Numbered from the stretch's first letter, positions 37,277 through 46,367 are shown. The stretch: 64,000 nt of DNA from an uncultured Clostridia bacterium (GCA_944360115.1 CALVTH010000004.1:3330-67329), one strand, 5' to 3'. Notes: a model not told the origin generated them from the sequence alone. Translations and numbers: made by a program.

Positions 37277-38260
37277 ATGCTTACAAAATTCGACAGGGTC
37301 TCCGCGAAGGCTGCGGAGTGGTGGTACAATTTCACCGAGTGTTTTCTCAACATAATCCTGTACAGGGGTCACAAGGGAATCGAGGTGCACAAGAATGTGC
37401 GCTACGACGAAGGCAAAAGGGGACTCCTCGACATCATCGAAAAACCCGACGGAGCGGAAGGAAAACCCGTTTTCATTTATATTCACGGCGGCGGCTTTGT
37501 GTCGGGCGAAGCGCGCAGCAGAAGGTTTTATTGTTACGATTGGGTGGATAAAGGCTTTGTTGCGGTGAATATGCGCTACGATTACGCCGCCGACGCCGTT
37601 CATCCCGAACATCTGAGACAGCTTTTCAAAGGCATAGACTACGCCCTTGACACCGTGGAGCGCGCGGGCGCCGACACGAGCAGGGTGGTGATAGCGGGCG
37701 ACAGCGCGGGCGGCTATTTTTCCGCAATGGTTTCGGCGGTCGCCGCAAAGCCCGAACTGTACGAACTTTTCGGAATAGAGTTCAGCCGCAAGGGCACTTT
37801 TTTGCCTGCGGCGTGCATAACCATAAGCGGGCTTTTCGACCCGATACGCTCGGTGGATACGAAGTTCCCCGACATGAAAAAATTCGCGCGGATTTTCCTC
37901 GGGTTGTCCTCGAAGGAATACGCGGAGAAAAAGGACGATCCCGCGCTGGTCGGGTTCGCGGCGGTAGACCCGCACATAGGGAGCAATTTCCCGCCCTCGT
38001 TCGTCATAAAATCTTCGGCGGACCCGTTGCGTACGGAGTCCGACCGTCTCGTCGAAGCCCTCGAAAAAGCGGGGGTGAAACACGGCGGATTCACTTGTAC
38101 GGGCATAAACGGAGTGCACGCGGGCGGTCTTGCCTGCCGCCTTGCCAGGAGCGGACGCGAGTGTTACGCCGAGACGGAGAAATTCGTGTTTTCCGTGCTC
38201 GACGGGTTGTCCGCGGACGCGGCGTCGCCGTCCGTCGGCGAAGCCGCCGCGACGGAATAA
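37277..38260 (+). CDS. alpha/beta hydrolase (HSL/esterase-lipase type)
   Basis: Oxyanion motif HGGGF (YIHGGGFVSGE) and nucleophile elbow GDSAGG. Confidence 0.8.
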   Translation: MLTKFDRVSAKAAEWWYNFTECFLNIILYRGHKGIEVHKNVRYDEGKRGLLDIIEKPDGAEGKPVFIYIHGGGFVSGEARSRRFYCYDWVDKGFVAVNMRYDYAADAVHPEHLRQLFKGIDYALDTVERAGADTSRVVIAGDSAGGYFSAMVSAVAAKPELYELFGIEFSRKGTFLPAACITISGLFDPIRSVDTKFPDMKKFARIFLGLSSKEYAEKKDDPALVGFAAVDPHIGSNFPPSFVIKSSADPLRTESDRLVEALEKAGVKHGGFTCTGINGVHAGGLACRLARSGRECYAETEKFVFSVLDGLSADAASPSVGEAAATE

Positions 38261-38509
38261 GGGAGGGCGACGCTCCTGCGCTTACGGGTTGCGTGTTTCA
38301 CGAAAGAGACCGCGCAAAACGCGAAGAGTGCGGGGCGCGGAGAGCAACGGACCGTCGCGGTAAAGCCCTTGCGAATTGCCGAACGACGCGATAAAGCGTT
38401 GCCGACACTTCGTGTCGCGGTCAACGGCGGGAAGCGTAACGAAATTGTAAGGTTTTTGTCAAGCGAGGGTAAGTCCTGCGCGGTAAAGTGGTAGCGTAAG
38501 GAGGCTGGT

Positions 38510-40072
38510 ATGAAAGTCAAAGTGGCACTCACGGGAGCAAGCGGCAATATGGGGAGAGAGGCCCTCAGGCAACTCCTCGAACTGGAAGATGTGGAGTTCG
38601 TGCGTATTCTGGTGCTCAAGGGCGTCAAGGACCGCGCTTTCGCGGCGGCGGCGGTAAAAAAGTACGGCAAGCGCGTGCAGGTGGTCGAGGGCGACCTTGC
38701 GGTCAAGGACGACTGCCGCGCCGTGGTGGACGGAGTGGACTATGTGTTCCACATCGGGGCGATAATCCCCCCGCTTTCCGACCACAAGCCCAAAGCAACG
38801 GATCTCGCCAACCGCATAGGCACCATGAACATGGTGGACGCCGCAATGGAGCAGGAACGCCGTCCCAAATTCGTCTACACTTCCACTGTCGCCGTGTACG
38901 GGCACAGGAATTATCTGCATCCGTGGGGGCGCGTGGGCGACCCGTTGCTGCCCAGCGTGTATGATGTGTATGCGGCGTCCAAGGTCAAGGCCGAGCGTTA
39001 TGTCATCGAGAGCGGACTGGACAACTGGGCGGTCATAAGGCAGACCGCAATGCTGCACTACAACATGATGAAGGACAACATGAGCGACGGGCTTATGTTC
39101 CACACCTGCGTCAATGTTCCTCTCGAGTGGGTGTCCTCGCGCGACAGCGGCCTGCTGGTCAAACGCATAGTCGAGCGCGACCTCGAAGGAAAGGCGGACG
39201 CCTTCTGGCGGCATTGTTTCAATATCGGCGGCGGAGAGGAAAACCGTATCACGGGCTACGACACATACGGCAAACTGCTGTCCACATTCGGAATAGAACT
39301 CGAGAAAGTGATGCGCCCCGGCTGGAACAGCATACGCAATTTCCACGGTCTGTGGTTTGCCGACGGAGACGCCCTCAACAACCTTTTCGATTATCAGCAC
39401 GACACTTTCGACGGCTTCTGCGCCGAGATACTCAAGCGTTATCCCATATACAAAGCGGCGAGCATAGTGCCGTCGTCGCTCATATCCAAAATCGGGTTTG
39501 AGCGTCTGCTCGACGACGAGAATTCGCCAATGGAATGGATAAAGAAAGGCGACAAGGGCAGGATAAGGGCGTTTTTCGGCAGCGAGGACAACATCGAGTG
39601 CATGGCCAGGAAGTGGGAAGAGTTTCCCGTGCTCGCCAAGGGCGAAATCGCCGACGGCAATGTCGACTACGACGCCATGAGAAAGACGGAAAATATCGCG
39701 AAAATGGGTTATCTGCTGTCGCACGGTTACGACGAGAGCAAGCCCGACAGCGAGCTCGACATCGAGGATATGAAGCAAGCGGCGTCGTTTCGCGGCGGCG
39801 AATGTCTGTCCGAGAACATGACGAAGGGCGACCTCTACACCCCGCTGGTGTGGCGTTGTCACGACGGTCACGAGTTCAGCGCGCGGCCGTACACCGTGCT
39901 GAAAGCAGGACACTGGTGCCCCGACTGCTGTCAGCCCGAGCCGTGGGATTTCGACAGACTTGCAAAATTTATGCCGTTTTTCGCCCAGGTGTGGTATGAT
40001 AGTCATGCCAAAGGTGAAAATACGGAGTATTTTACCAACGGCCACAAAGCATTGTTCAGACGGTACAGATGA
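38510..40072 (+). CDS. extended SDR (NAD-dependent epimerase/dehydratase-like) with C-terminal Cys/His-rich domain
   Basis: TAAGGAGG RBS. Rossmann motif LTGASGNMG, catalytic YAASK, and C-terminal WRCHDGHEF...GHWCPDCC (possible zinc ribbon). Confidence 0.75.
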   Translation: MKVKVALTGASGNMGREALRQLLELEDVEFVRILVLKGVKDRAFAAAAVKKYGKRVQVVEGDLAVKDDCRAVVDGVDYVFHIGAIIPPLSDHKPKATDLANRIGTMNMVDAAMEQERRPKFVYTSTVAVYGHRNYLHPWGRVGDPLLPSVYDVYAASKVKAERYVIESGLDNWAVIRQTAMLHYNMMKDNMSDGLMFHTCVNVPLEWVSSRDSGLLVKRIVERDLEGKADAFWRHCFNIGGGEENRITGYDTYGKLLSTFGIELEKVMRPGWNSIRNFHGLWFADGDALNNLFDYQHDTFDGFCAEILKRYPIYKAASIVPSSLISKIGFERLLDDENSPMEWIKKGDKGRIRAFFGSEDNIECMARKWEEFPVLAKGEIADGNVDYDAMRKTENIAKMGYLLSHGYDESKPDSELDIEDMKQAASFRGGECLSENMTKGDLYTPLVWRCHDGHEFSARPYTVLKAGHWCPDCCQPEPWDFDRLAKFMPFFAQVWYDSHAKGENTEYFTNGHKALFRRYR

Positions 40073-40950
40073 TGAAAGCGGCGTTCTATTGCTTTTCGGC
40101 GACGGGCAACACGAAGCGTATATGCGGACTGTTTGTCGACGAACTGAAAAAGTCGGGATACGAGACGGAATATTTTGCGATAAGGCAGGGGGCGACCTAC
40201 GCTCCTCCGTCCGATTTCGACCTCGTTTTCGTGGCGTACCCCGTGCACGGGTTCAGCGCGCCGCGCATAATGACCGATTTCGCAAAAGCATTGCCCGCGA
40301 GCGACGGACAGTCGTACTATATCGTAAAGACAAGCGGCGAACCCCTGGAAGCCAACAACGACTCTTCCGCCGTTCTGATGAGAAACATGGCGGCAAAAGG
40401 GTATACCTGCAAGGGCGAGTTCCACTATGTCATGCCGTACAATATGCTGTTCCGTCATTCCGACGCGATGGTGGCACTGATGTGGCGGGCGGCGAAGAAC
40501 ACCGTGCCTGCCGACGCGGTCATCGCCGCGAGCGGCGGCGAGAAAATGCCCGAGAAGTCCTCCAGAGCGCGCATGATACGGAGAGCGCTCGCGTTCGAGC
40601 ACGGAGGAATGAGAATTCTCGGCAAATTCTTCAGGGTGGATCGCAAAAAATGCGTGTCCTGCGGAATGTGCGTCAAACTGTGCCCGTTCGGCAACATCAC
40701 CATGGACGAGAGCGGCAGGGTGAAGTTCGGCAACAAGTGCATGGGGTGCACGGCGTGTTCCTTCCATTGCCCGCAGAACGCCATAAACATAGGCGCGATG
40801 AACCGTTTCAAGGTCAACGGGGCTTATAAGTTCTCGGACGACATAACGGGCTTTACCGCCGAGGATGTGTGCGACTATTGTCACGACGCCTATCTGCGCT
40901 ATTTCGAGGCGCACGGAATAAAGTTACCCGCCGGAGGGGATAAAGAATGA
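40069..40950 (+). CDS. EFR1-type flavodoxin-like / 2x[4Fe-4S] ferredoxin protein
   Basis: N-terminus FYCFSATGNTKRI (flavodoxin-like). Two ferredoxin motifs: CVSCGMCVKLCP and CMGCTACSFHCP. The start overlaps the upstream stop (ATGA). Confidence 0.7.
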   Translation: MMKAAFYCFSATGNTKRICGLFVDELKKSGYETEYFAIRQGATYAPPSDFDLVFVAYPVHGFSAPRIMTDFAKALPASDGQSYYIVKTSGEPLEANNDSSAVLMRNMAAKGYTCKGEFHYVMPYNMLFRHSDAMVALMWRAAKNTVPADAVIAASGGEKMPEKSSRARMIRRALAFEHGGMRILGKFFRVDRKKCVSCGMCVKLCPFGNITMDESGRVKFGNKCMGCTACSFHCPQNAINIGAMNRFKVNGAYKFSDDITGFTAEDVCDYCHDAYLRYFEAHGIKLPAGGDKE

Positions 40951-41621
40951 GGAAGATACTTATCGCAGAGGACAACACCGAACTCAACGACATGATGAGG
41001 AACTATCTCATCAAGGCGGGGCACTCGGTATATCAGGCGTTCAACGGCGCGCAGGCACTCGAATACGCCCGCAGTATGCAGCCCGACCTCGTGCTTCTCG
41101 ACATAATGATGCCCGTCGTCGACGGATACGAAGTGTGCACGGCTCTGCGCACCGAGATGAGCATCCCCGTCATCGTGGTCTCCGCCATAGTCGGCGAGGA
41201 CGAGAAACTCCGTATGTTCGAGCTCGGCGCGGACGACTATATCACCAAACCATTCTCTTTCAAGGAAATGGTGGGCAGGGTCAACGCGCAGCTGCGCAGA
41301 TACTACGAATTCAACACGCAGGACAGGGCGGAGCGCACCTACGGGAATGTCAGCATTTCCTCCACCCGCCACGAGGTCAAGGTGGACGGCGAGCTCGTCA
41401 ACCTCACCGCAAAGGAATTCGCGCTGCTGGATGTGCTGACCAAGCATCCCAACCAGCTTTTCGGCAAACAGCAACTCATCGACCTCGTGTGGGGTTATGA
41501 CGATTACATCGACGAAAACACGGTGGCGGTCACCGTGGCGCGTCTGCGCGAAAAACTCGCCAAATATTCCGTATCCAATGTGGTGACCGTGTGGGGTCTG
41601 GGATACAAGTGGCAGGATTGA
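40947..41621 (+). CDS. OmpR-family response regulator
   Basis: Receiver domain (ILIAEDN, DLVLLDIMMP, SA...D, KPF) plus a winged-helix output (LTAKEFALLDVL...VWGLGYKW). The start overlaps the upstream stop. Confidence 0.92.
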   Translation: MRKILIAEDNTELNDMMRNYLIKAGHSVYQAFNGAQALEYARSMQPDLVLLDIMMPVVDGYEVCTALRTEMSIPVIVVSAIVGEDEKLRMFELGADDYITKPFSFKEMVGRVNAQLRRYYEFNTQDRAERTYGNVSISSTRHEVKVDGELVNLTAKEFALLDVLTKHPNQLFGKQQLIDLVWGYDDYIDENTVAVTVARLREKLAKYSVSNVVTVWGLGYKWQD

Positions 41622-42694
41622 TGAAAGACAGGGGCAGAAAAAATTATGTGCTCGAAGCGGTGGAAGCGCTGTGCGCGGGCGATGTCGCCACTCCCATAAG
41701 GGAGCGGGGAGGTCCCTCGCAGAAAAAGACGCTCCGTCGCCTGGAAGAACTCCGCAAGAATATGTTGGAGAGGGAGGTGCGCGAAGCCAAAATCGTCGAA
41801 CAGAACAAGCTGGCAATCGCGTCCGTCGCCCACGACATAAAGACCCCGCTCGCGCTCATTGCGGGCTATACGGAATGTCTCGGCGACGGTATGGACGACA
41901 AGGATTATCTTGCTCTTATCGGCGAAAAGACCGAGCAGATTAATCAACTCGTCCTCAAACTCGTCGACACCTCGCAGCAGGAAATCAATGAAATTCCCAA
42001 ACTCCGCGACCTTGTCGACGCCCGCTACTTTTTCTCGGCGGTGCTGGAGAAATACGCCGACCTCGCAAAAGCCAAGAATATCACCTACAAGGTGCGCCGC
42101 ATCCCCAACGCCAAGATTTATGTCAACCGTCAGGATATGGAAAGGGTGATACAGAACCTTGTCACCAACGCCATAAAGTACACCGAGCCGGGCGGCAAAG
42201 TGGTGGTTTCCTTTACGCGTTGGGGCGTCTACCTGATGATTATGGTGCGCGACAACGGCAGGGGTATCAGCAAACGCAGTCTGCCGTATGTCTTTGACAA
42301 ATTCTACAGGGAGGATCACTCCCGCACCGACCTGCGCAGTTCGGGACTCGGGCTGTATATTGCCAAGGACATAGCCAAGAAACACGGCGGCGACATCACG
42401 GTGCGAAGCAGAGAAGGCAAGGGCTCGATGTTCACGCTGTCCATACCCGAAGTGTCCAACAGCGGCAAACTCGCCCAGCGCTTCGAGGCGTTGCCGCGCC
42501 CCGTCAAACTCGTGCTTCTGCTGTGCTTCGGGTGGATACTTTCCTTTGTGCTGAGAATGGCGCGCGTCGCCGAAAAGAAGAACATATCCACATTGCTCAT
42601 AGGCATACTTTCCCTGCCGATGTTCCTTTTCGTTTCGGCGGCGGATTTCATCAGCGAACTCGTCTACAACAAGATGACGCTGGCAATGGACTGA
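41621..42694 (+). CDS. sensor histidine kinase with C-terminal (not N-terminal) transmembrane helices
   Basis: H-box SVAHDIKTPLA, N-box NLVTNAIKYT, G-boxes RDNGRGI and GLGLYIAKD. The only hydrophobic helices are the last ~70 aa (VKLVLLLCFGWILSFVL, LLIGILSLPMFLFVSAA). The ATG shares one base with the response-regulator stop. Confidence 0.88.
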   Translation: MKDRGRKNYVLEAVEALCAGDVATPIRERGGPSQKKTLRRLEELRKNMLEREVREAKIVEQNKLAIASVAHDIKTPLALIAGYTECLGDGMDDKDYLALIGEKTEQINQLVLKLVDTSQQEINEIPKLRDLVDARYFFSAVLEKYADLAKAKNITYKVRRIPNAKIYVNRQDMERVIQNLVTNAIKYTEPGGKVVVSFTRWGVYLMIMVRDNGRGISKRSLPYVFDKFYREDHSRTDLRSSGLGLYIAKDIAKKHGGDITVRSREGKGSMFTLSIPEVSNSGKLAQRFEALPRPVKLVLLLCFGWILSFVLRMARVAEKKNISTLLIGILSLPMFLFVSAADFISELVYNKMTLAMD

Positions 42695-42695
42695 A

Positions 42696-43733
42696 GTGGA
42701 ACGCGCTCTCGTCGATTTTCCGTCTTTGCAACGGCTGGTGCTTGCCGACAAAAAAGCGCACTGCGAGGGTCTTTGCACCCTCGTTTTCCGTGCGGACGGA
42801 AAGCGCACCGAGCGGCTCGCGCCCGCGAAAGCGGGGCAGTACATCGCTCTCACGGGCGAATTCGACGGTAGTCGGGTCACCCGCGCATACACCCTTGCTT
42901 CCTCGCCCGAGGAAACGGAGCGCGACGGTGTGTATGTCGTGACGGTCAAGAAGGCAGGCATACTTTCGGGCTATCTGTGCGACCGCCTTCGCGTGGGCGA
43001 CGGCATTTCCGCAAGCGTGCCGTACGGCGATTTCGTCTATGACGCGGACACGGACGGCGACCACATCGTCGGCGTGGCGGGCGGAGCGGGCATAACCGCG
43101 CTGCTTTCCCTGGCAAAGGACGCCTGCGCGCGCGGCGACTACACGATGACGCTGTTTTACTGCGTGGAAAACTCGTACGAATTTCTGTTCGACGAGGAAC
43201 TGGACAGCCTGCCGTCGGAGCGCGTCAAGGTGGTGCGCGTCGCCGCGGACGGCGTGCGCAAAAACGCCGAAAAAGGGGTTTTCAGGCGCGAATTGATTGA
43301 TAAACACCTTGATAGGCCGTTTGCGCTGTTTGCCTGCGGCGGAGACGATTTTTACGAAAGCGTACGCAAAGAGACCGCGGGACATCCTTTGCTTGCGGGG
43401 TTCAAGACCTCGCCGAACGGCGTTTCCGACAGAGCGGCGGAGCCGTCCGCCGTGTATTCCCTCACCGTGATTGCCGACGGAGAACGACTCTCCGTTCCCT
43501 GCCGCGACAACGAGACCCTGCTGGTTGCAATCGAGCGCGCGGGGCTTGCCGCGAGGTCGGTGTGCCACACGGGCAGGTGCGGTTTTTGCAGGAGTCGGGT
43601 GCTTGCGGGAGAGTATACTGTGGAGAGCCGTCACGACACCCGCACGGACGACGACAAAGCGGCGGGAATAATTTGCCCTTGCTGTACATATCCCGAGAGT
43701 GATATAATAATGACGGTACCGGTTGCGCGGTAG
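42696..43733 (+). CDS. FNR-like FAD/NAD(P)-binding oxidoreductase fused to plant-type 2Fe-2S ferredoxin
   Basis: RAYTLAS (RxYS FAD motif), GGAGITA NAD(P) motif, and C-terminal CHTGRCGFCRSRV...CPCC cluster ligands. GTG 42696 lies 1 nt after the kinase stop. Confidence 0.8.
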   Translation: MERALVDFPSLQRLVLADKKAHCEGLCTLVFRADGKRTERLAPAKAGQYIALTGEFDGSRVTRAYTLASSPEETERDGVYVVTVKKAGILSGYLCDRLRVGDGISASVPYGDFVYDADTDGDHIVGVAGGAGITALLSLAKDACARGDYTMTLFYCVENSYEFLFDEELDSLPSERVKVVRVAADGVRKNAEKGVFRRELIDKHLDRPFALFACGGDDFYESVRKETAGHPLLAGFKTSPNGVSDRAAEPSAVYSLTVIADGERLSVPCRDNETLLVAIERAGLAARSVCHTGRCGFCRSRVLAGEYTVESRHDTRTDDDKAAGIICPCCTYPESDIIMTVPVAR

Positions 43734-43790
43734 TCGCGCGGCGCGAGGAATAGAATTCCGCCGCCGACATAAAATACGGGAGACGAAGTT

Positions 43791-44312
43791 ATGAAAATTC
43801 TGTTTGTGTGTTCGAGCAATGTGTGCCGCAGTCCGTTTGCGGAATTCGTGTTCGGGCGGCTCGTGGAGCAAAGCCCCGTGCTTTCCGCCGCGGGTATAGA
43901 AGTCGGCTCGTCGGCGGTGTTCAACCGCAGCAAATACATCTATCCCAAAGCCGTTGTCAGTCTCGAAAGAGAAGGCTTCTCCAAGGAAGCCGTGCTTGCG
44001 CACAAGCCCGCATACAAGAGCACGGACAAAAAGCGCTTCGAGGAAGCCGATGTCATCATCGGGATGAGCAAGATTCACCGTATCCTCACCCCGCACAAAT
44101 ACCGCGACAAGTTCGTCACGCTGTCGGAAGCGGCGACCGGCAAATACGCCCCCATTCCCGACCCCTTCCTGTATCCGTCCCAGAACGAATACGACAAGGT
44201 GATGAGCGTCATCAAGAAATATCTCACGCTGTACGCGGAGAAACTGGAGAGGGAACTTGCCCCCGCCGCTCCGTCGGGCGACGGAGAAGAAAAGGACGGC
44301 GCCGCCGACTGA
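43791..44312 (+). CDS. low-molecular-weight protein-tyrosine phosphatase / ArsC-like
   Basis: CX5R(S) P-loop at the N-terminus (ILFVCSSNVCRSPFAE) and a DP motif near the C-terminus (PIPDPF). Confidence 0.85.
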   Translation: MKILFVCSSNVCRSPFAEFVFGRLVEQSPVLSAAGIEVGSSAVFNRSKYIYPKAVVSLEREGFSKEAVLAHKPAYKSTDKKRFEEADVIIGMSKIHRILTPHKYRDKFVTLSEAATGKYAPIPDPFLYPSQNEYDKVMSVIKKYLTLYAEKLERELAPAAPSGDGEEKDGAAD

Positions 44313-44372
44313 CGGCCGCCGCGACGCACTCCCGAGGCGCGGGATTGCGGACGGAGCTTTGGATTGCAGTCG

Positions 44373-44404
44373 AAAAAACGCCGCGGCGAATGCCGCGGCG
44401 TTTT
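44373..44404. terminator. bidirectional rho-independent terminator
   Basis: AAAAAA-CGCCGCGGC-GAAT-GCCGCGGCG-TTTT lies between the phosphatase gene (+) and the small ORF (-). Confidence 0.75.
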
Positions 44405-44450
44405 CGATGTTCGCATATTGCGACGCGAAATTTGATTTCGCGGAATGACC

Positions 44451-44543
44451 TTATCTGCGTGCAAGCCAGAAGAGGGCTTGGCTGATAAGGCTTGCGGTGT
44501 TGTCTTTCCGCTGCGATTGTGCCACCGTCTTGTTGGTTTTCAT
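44451..44543 (-). CDS. candidate small ORF (30 aa, MKTNKTVAQSQRKDNTASLISQALFWLARR)
   Basis: Near-perfect SD AGGAGGTG 5 nt before ATG 44543. Followed by the perfect hairpin CGCGAAAT-TTG-ATTTCGCG (44424-44442) and the bidirectional terminator. Divergent from the AraC gene across an AT-rich spacer. Confidence 0.35.
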   Translation of the reverse strand: MKTNKTVAQSQRKDNTASLISQALFWLARR

Positions 44544-44682
44544 GAAGCACCTCCTGTAAAAATTGGTTTTTTCTTGCTTTCTTTTCGTCCATATAGTAAA
44601 ATCGTTTGGTGAAGAACGCATTAAAAAGCCGCATATAGTTTTCTCATTTTTTGCGGTTTTATGCGTTTTATCGGAGGGAGTT

Positions 44683-45456
44683 ATGCTTGCCGAATACGAA
44701 CTCAACCGCGAGCGCAACGAAGAACTGTTCGTCAGCGCGGGCAAGGACAATGTTTGTCCCGTGCATTTTCACCGTAAGGTGGAGGTTATGTATGTGACCT
44801 CGGGCGTCAAGAATTTCGTCGCCGCGGGCAAGGAGACTTCGCTTGCCGCCGACGGCATTTTCTTCGCCAACAGTTACGAAATGCACGGTTACACCGAGAG
44901 CGAGGGCAGCACCCAGACCGTCATCGTGTTTCCCAACAGGATGCTCGGCAACTATTACGACTGCTTCGGCGACAAAATGCCCCTCGGCAACACTGTCGAC
45001 GACAAGGATTTCTGCCGCACGCTGTTGCCGCATTTCGAGGCGCTTGCCGCGGGCGGCGGCAACAAACTGCTTGCGCAGGCGCATTGCGATTTCATCCTCG
45101 GCAGTCTTATGGAAAAACTCGGCACCGCCGAGGGCGTAAAGGAAAGACAGTCTTTCGTCGACGGACTGCTGGCGTACATAAACGAAAATTACGCCGAGGA
45201 CATCGACCTCGAAAGTATGGCGGAGCATTTCGGCTACAGCAAGTATTACTTTTCCCGAATGTTTAACGCCGCCCTCGGCACTTCGCTCACCGATTATGTC
45301 TCGGCGGTCAGGCTTATGCGCGCCCTCGATATGCTCAAACGCACGGGGTGCACCGTTTCGCAGGCGGCAATGGAATGCGGATTTTCCAGTCTGCCCACCT
45401 TCTACCGCGTGCTCAAAAAGAATTACAACTACAAGTCGGTCAAGGATTTGCTCTGA
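44683..45456 (+). CDS. AraC-family transcriptional regulator (cupin + HTH)
   Basis: N-terminal cupin-like HFHRKVEVMYVTSG. C-terminal AraC HTH region FGYSKYYFSRMFNAALGTSLTDYV...ECGFSSLPTFYRVLKK. GGAGGGA RBS. Confidence 0.88.
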   Translation: MLAEYELNRERNEELFVSAGKDNVCPVHFHRKVEVMYVTSGVKNFVAAGKETSLAADGIFFANSYEMHGYTESEGSTQTVIVFPNRMLGNYYDCFGDKMPLGNTVDDKDFCRTLLPHFEALAAGGGNKLLAQAHCDFILGSLMEKLGTAEGVKERQSFVDGLLAYINENYAEDIDLESMAEHFGYSKYYFSRMFNAALGTSLTDYVSAVRLMRALDMLKRTGCTVSQAAMECGFSSLPTFYRVLKKNYNYKSVKDLL

Positions 45457-45480
45457 CCGCCGAGGATTTGCTCTGACCGC
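45443..45480. repeat. exact 18-nt direct repeat with 20-nt period (AGGATTTGCTCTGACCGC x2) spanning the AraC stop codon
   Basis: Copies at 45443-45460 and 45463-45480. The first copy contains the last codons and the TGA of the AraC gene. Confidence 0.9.
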
Positions 45481-45563
45481 GCGCCCTCCGCACGCATTGC
45501 GCTCACGCGCTTGACAATTCCGCGCTGCGGCGTTACAACGGGACGGGGGAAAAAGAGGTCTTT

Positions 45564-46367
45564 ATGCTCATAGATTTTCACGCGCACATCTTCACGGACG
45601 CACTTGCGCCCAAAGCACGCGCCGTGCTTATGGAGAACTCGCACGGCGCCTACAAGCATTGCACCGACATGACCCTCGCAGGCTTGCTGGGGTATATGAA
45701 CGCGCACGGCGTGGACAAGTCCGTCGTGTTGCCCATAGTCACCAAACAGCACCAGACCGAGACCGTCAACCGATGGGCGGCAGATATAAACGACGGCGAA
45801 AGAATAGTCTCTTTCGGCAGTATCTTTCCTCACACCGACGACTATAAGCGCGACATCGACCTCGTCGTGTCTCTCGGGCTGAAAGGCATAAAACTGCACC
45901 CCGAATATCAGGCTTTCGACGCCGACGAAGAGGGGCTTATGCCGCTCTACGAGTACGCCGCCGAGAAAGGGCTCATCATAGTGTGGCACGCGGGATACGA
46001 CCCCATAGGCGCGCCGCCGTACAGGAGCAATCCCCACATGTTCGCGCGCATTGCCGACCGACTCAAGGGCGCAAAACTCGTCGCCGCGCACCTCGGCGGA
46101 CAGGAGCAATGGGAAGATGTCTACGATGTGCTGGCGGGCAGGGACATATACCTCGACACCTCAATGGCGTCTAAATATTGCCCGAAGGAACTCTTCAAGG
46201 CGATAGTCGACAAGCACGGCGCGGACAAGGTGCTGTTTGCTTCCGATTCGCCGTGGAGCGACGCGGCGGAGGAAGCGGCGCGCCTGCGCACCTTCGGTTT
46301 TTCCGCCGACGAACTGGAGAAGATATTCCACCTCAATGCCGAGCGGTTGCTCGGTCTGCGCGCCTGA
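45564..46367 (+). CDS. amidohydrolase-2 family (TIM-barrel metal-dependent hydrolase)
   Basis: MLIDFHAHIF N-terminal HxH motif, with later WHAGYD, AHLGG and FASDSPW motifs. TTGACA, 17 nt, TACAAC promoter at about 45511-45539. Confidence 0.8.
   Translation: MLIDFHAHIFTDALAPKARAVLMENSHGAYKHCTDMTLAGLLGYMNAHGVDKSVVLPIVTKQHQTETVNRWAADINDGERIVSFGSIFPHTDDYKRDIDLVVSLGLKGIKLHPEYQAFDADEEGLMPLYEYAAEKGLIIVWHAGYDPIGAPPYRSNPHMFARIADRLKGAKLVAAHLGGQEQWEDVYDVLAGRDIYLDTSMASKYCPKELFKAIVDKHGADKVLFASDSPWSDAAEEAARLRTFGFSADELEKIFHLNAERLLGLRA

Noticed and set aside
35838-44700. Accessory-looking block (orphan RyR-like protein, esterase, redox/TCS operon, phosphatase, small ORF) as a mobile or defence island
   Set aside because: I saw no integrase, transposase, tRNA target, flanking direct repeats, nuclease/helicase/NTPase defence hallmarks or clear compositional break. 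It is treated as an ordinary chromosomal accessory operon cluster.
44451-44750. 99-aa minus-strand ORF
   Set aside because: Its first 69 codons run through the AraC gene start, its RBS and the AT-rich promoter spacer. Only the last 30 codons, which have their own strong SD, are considered, and then only as a candidate.
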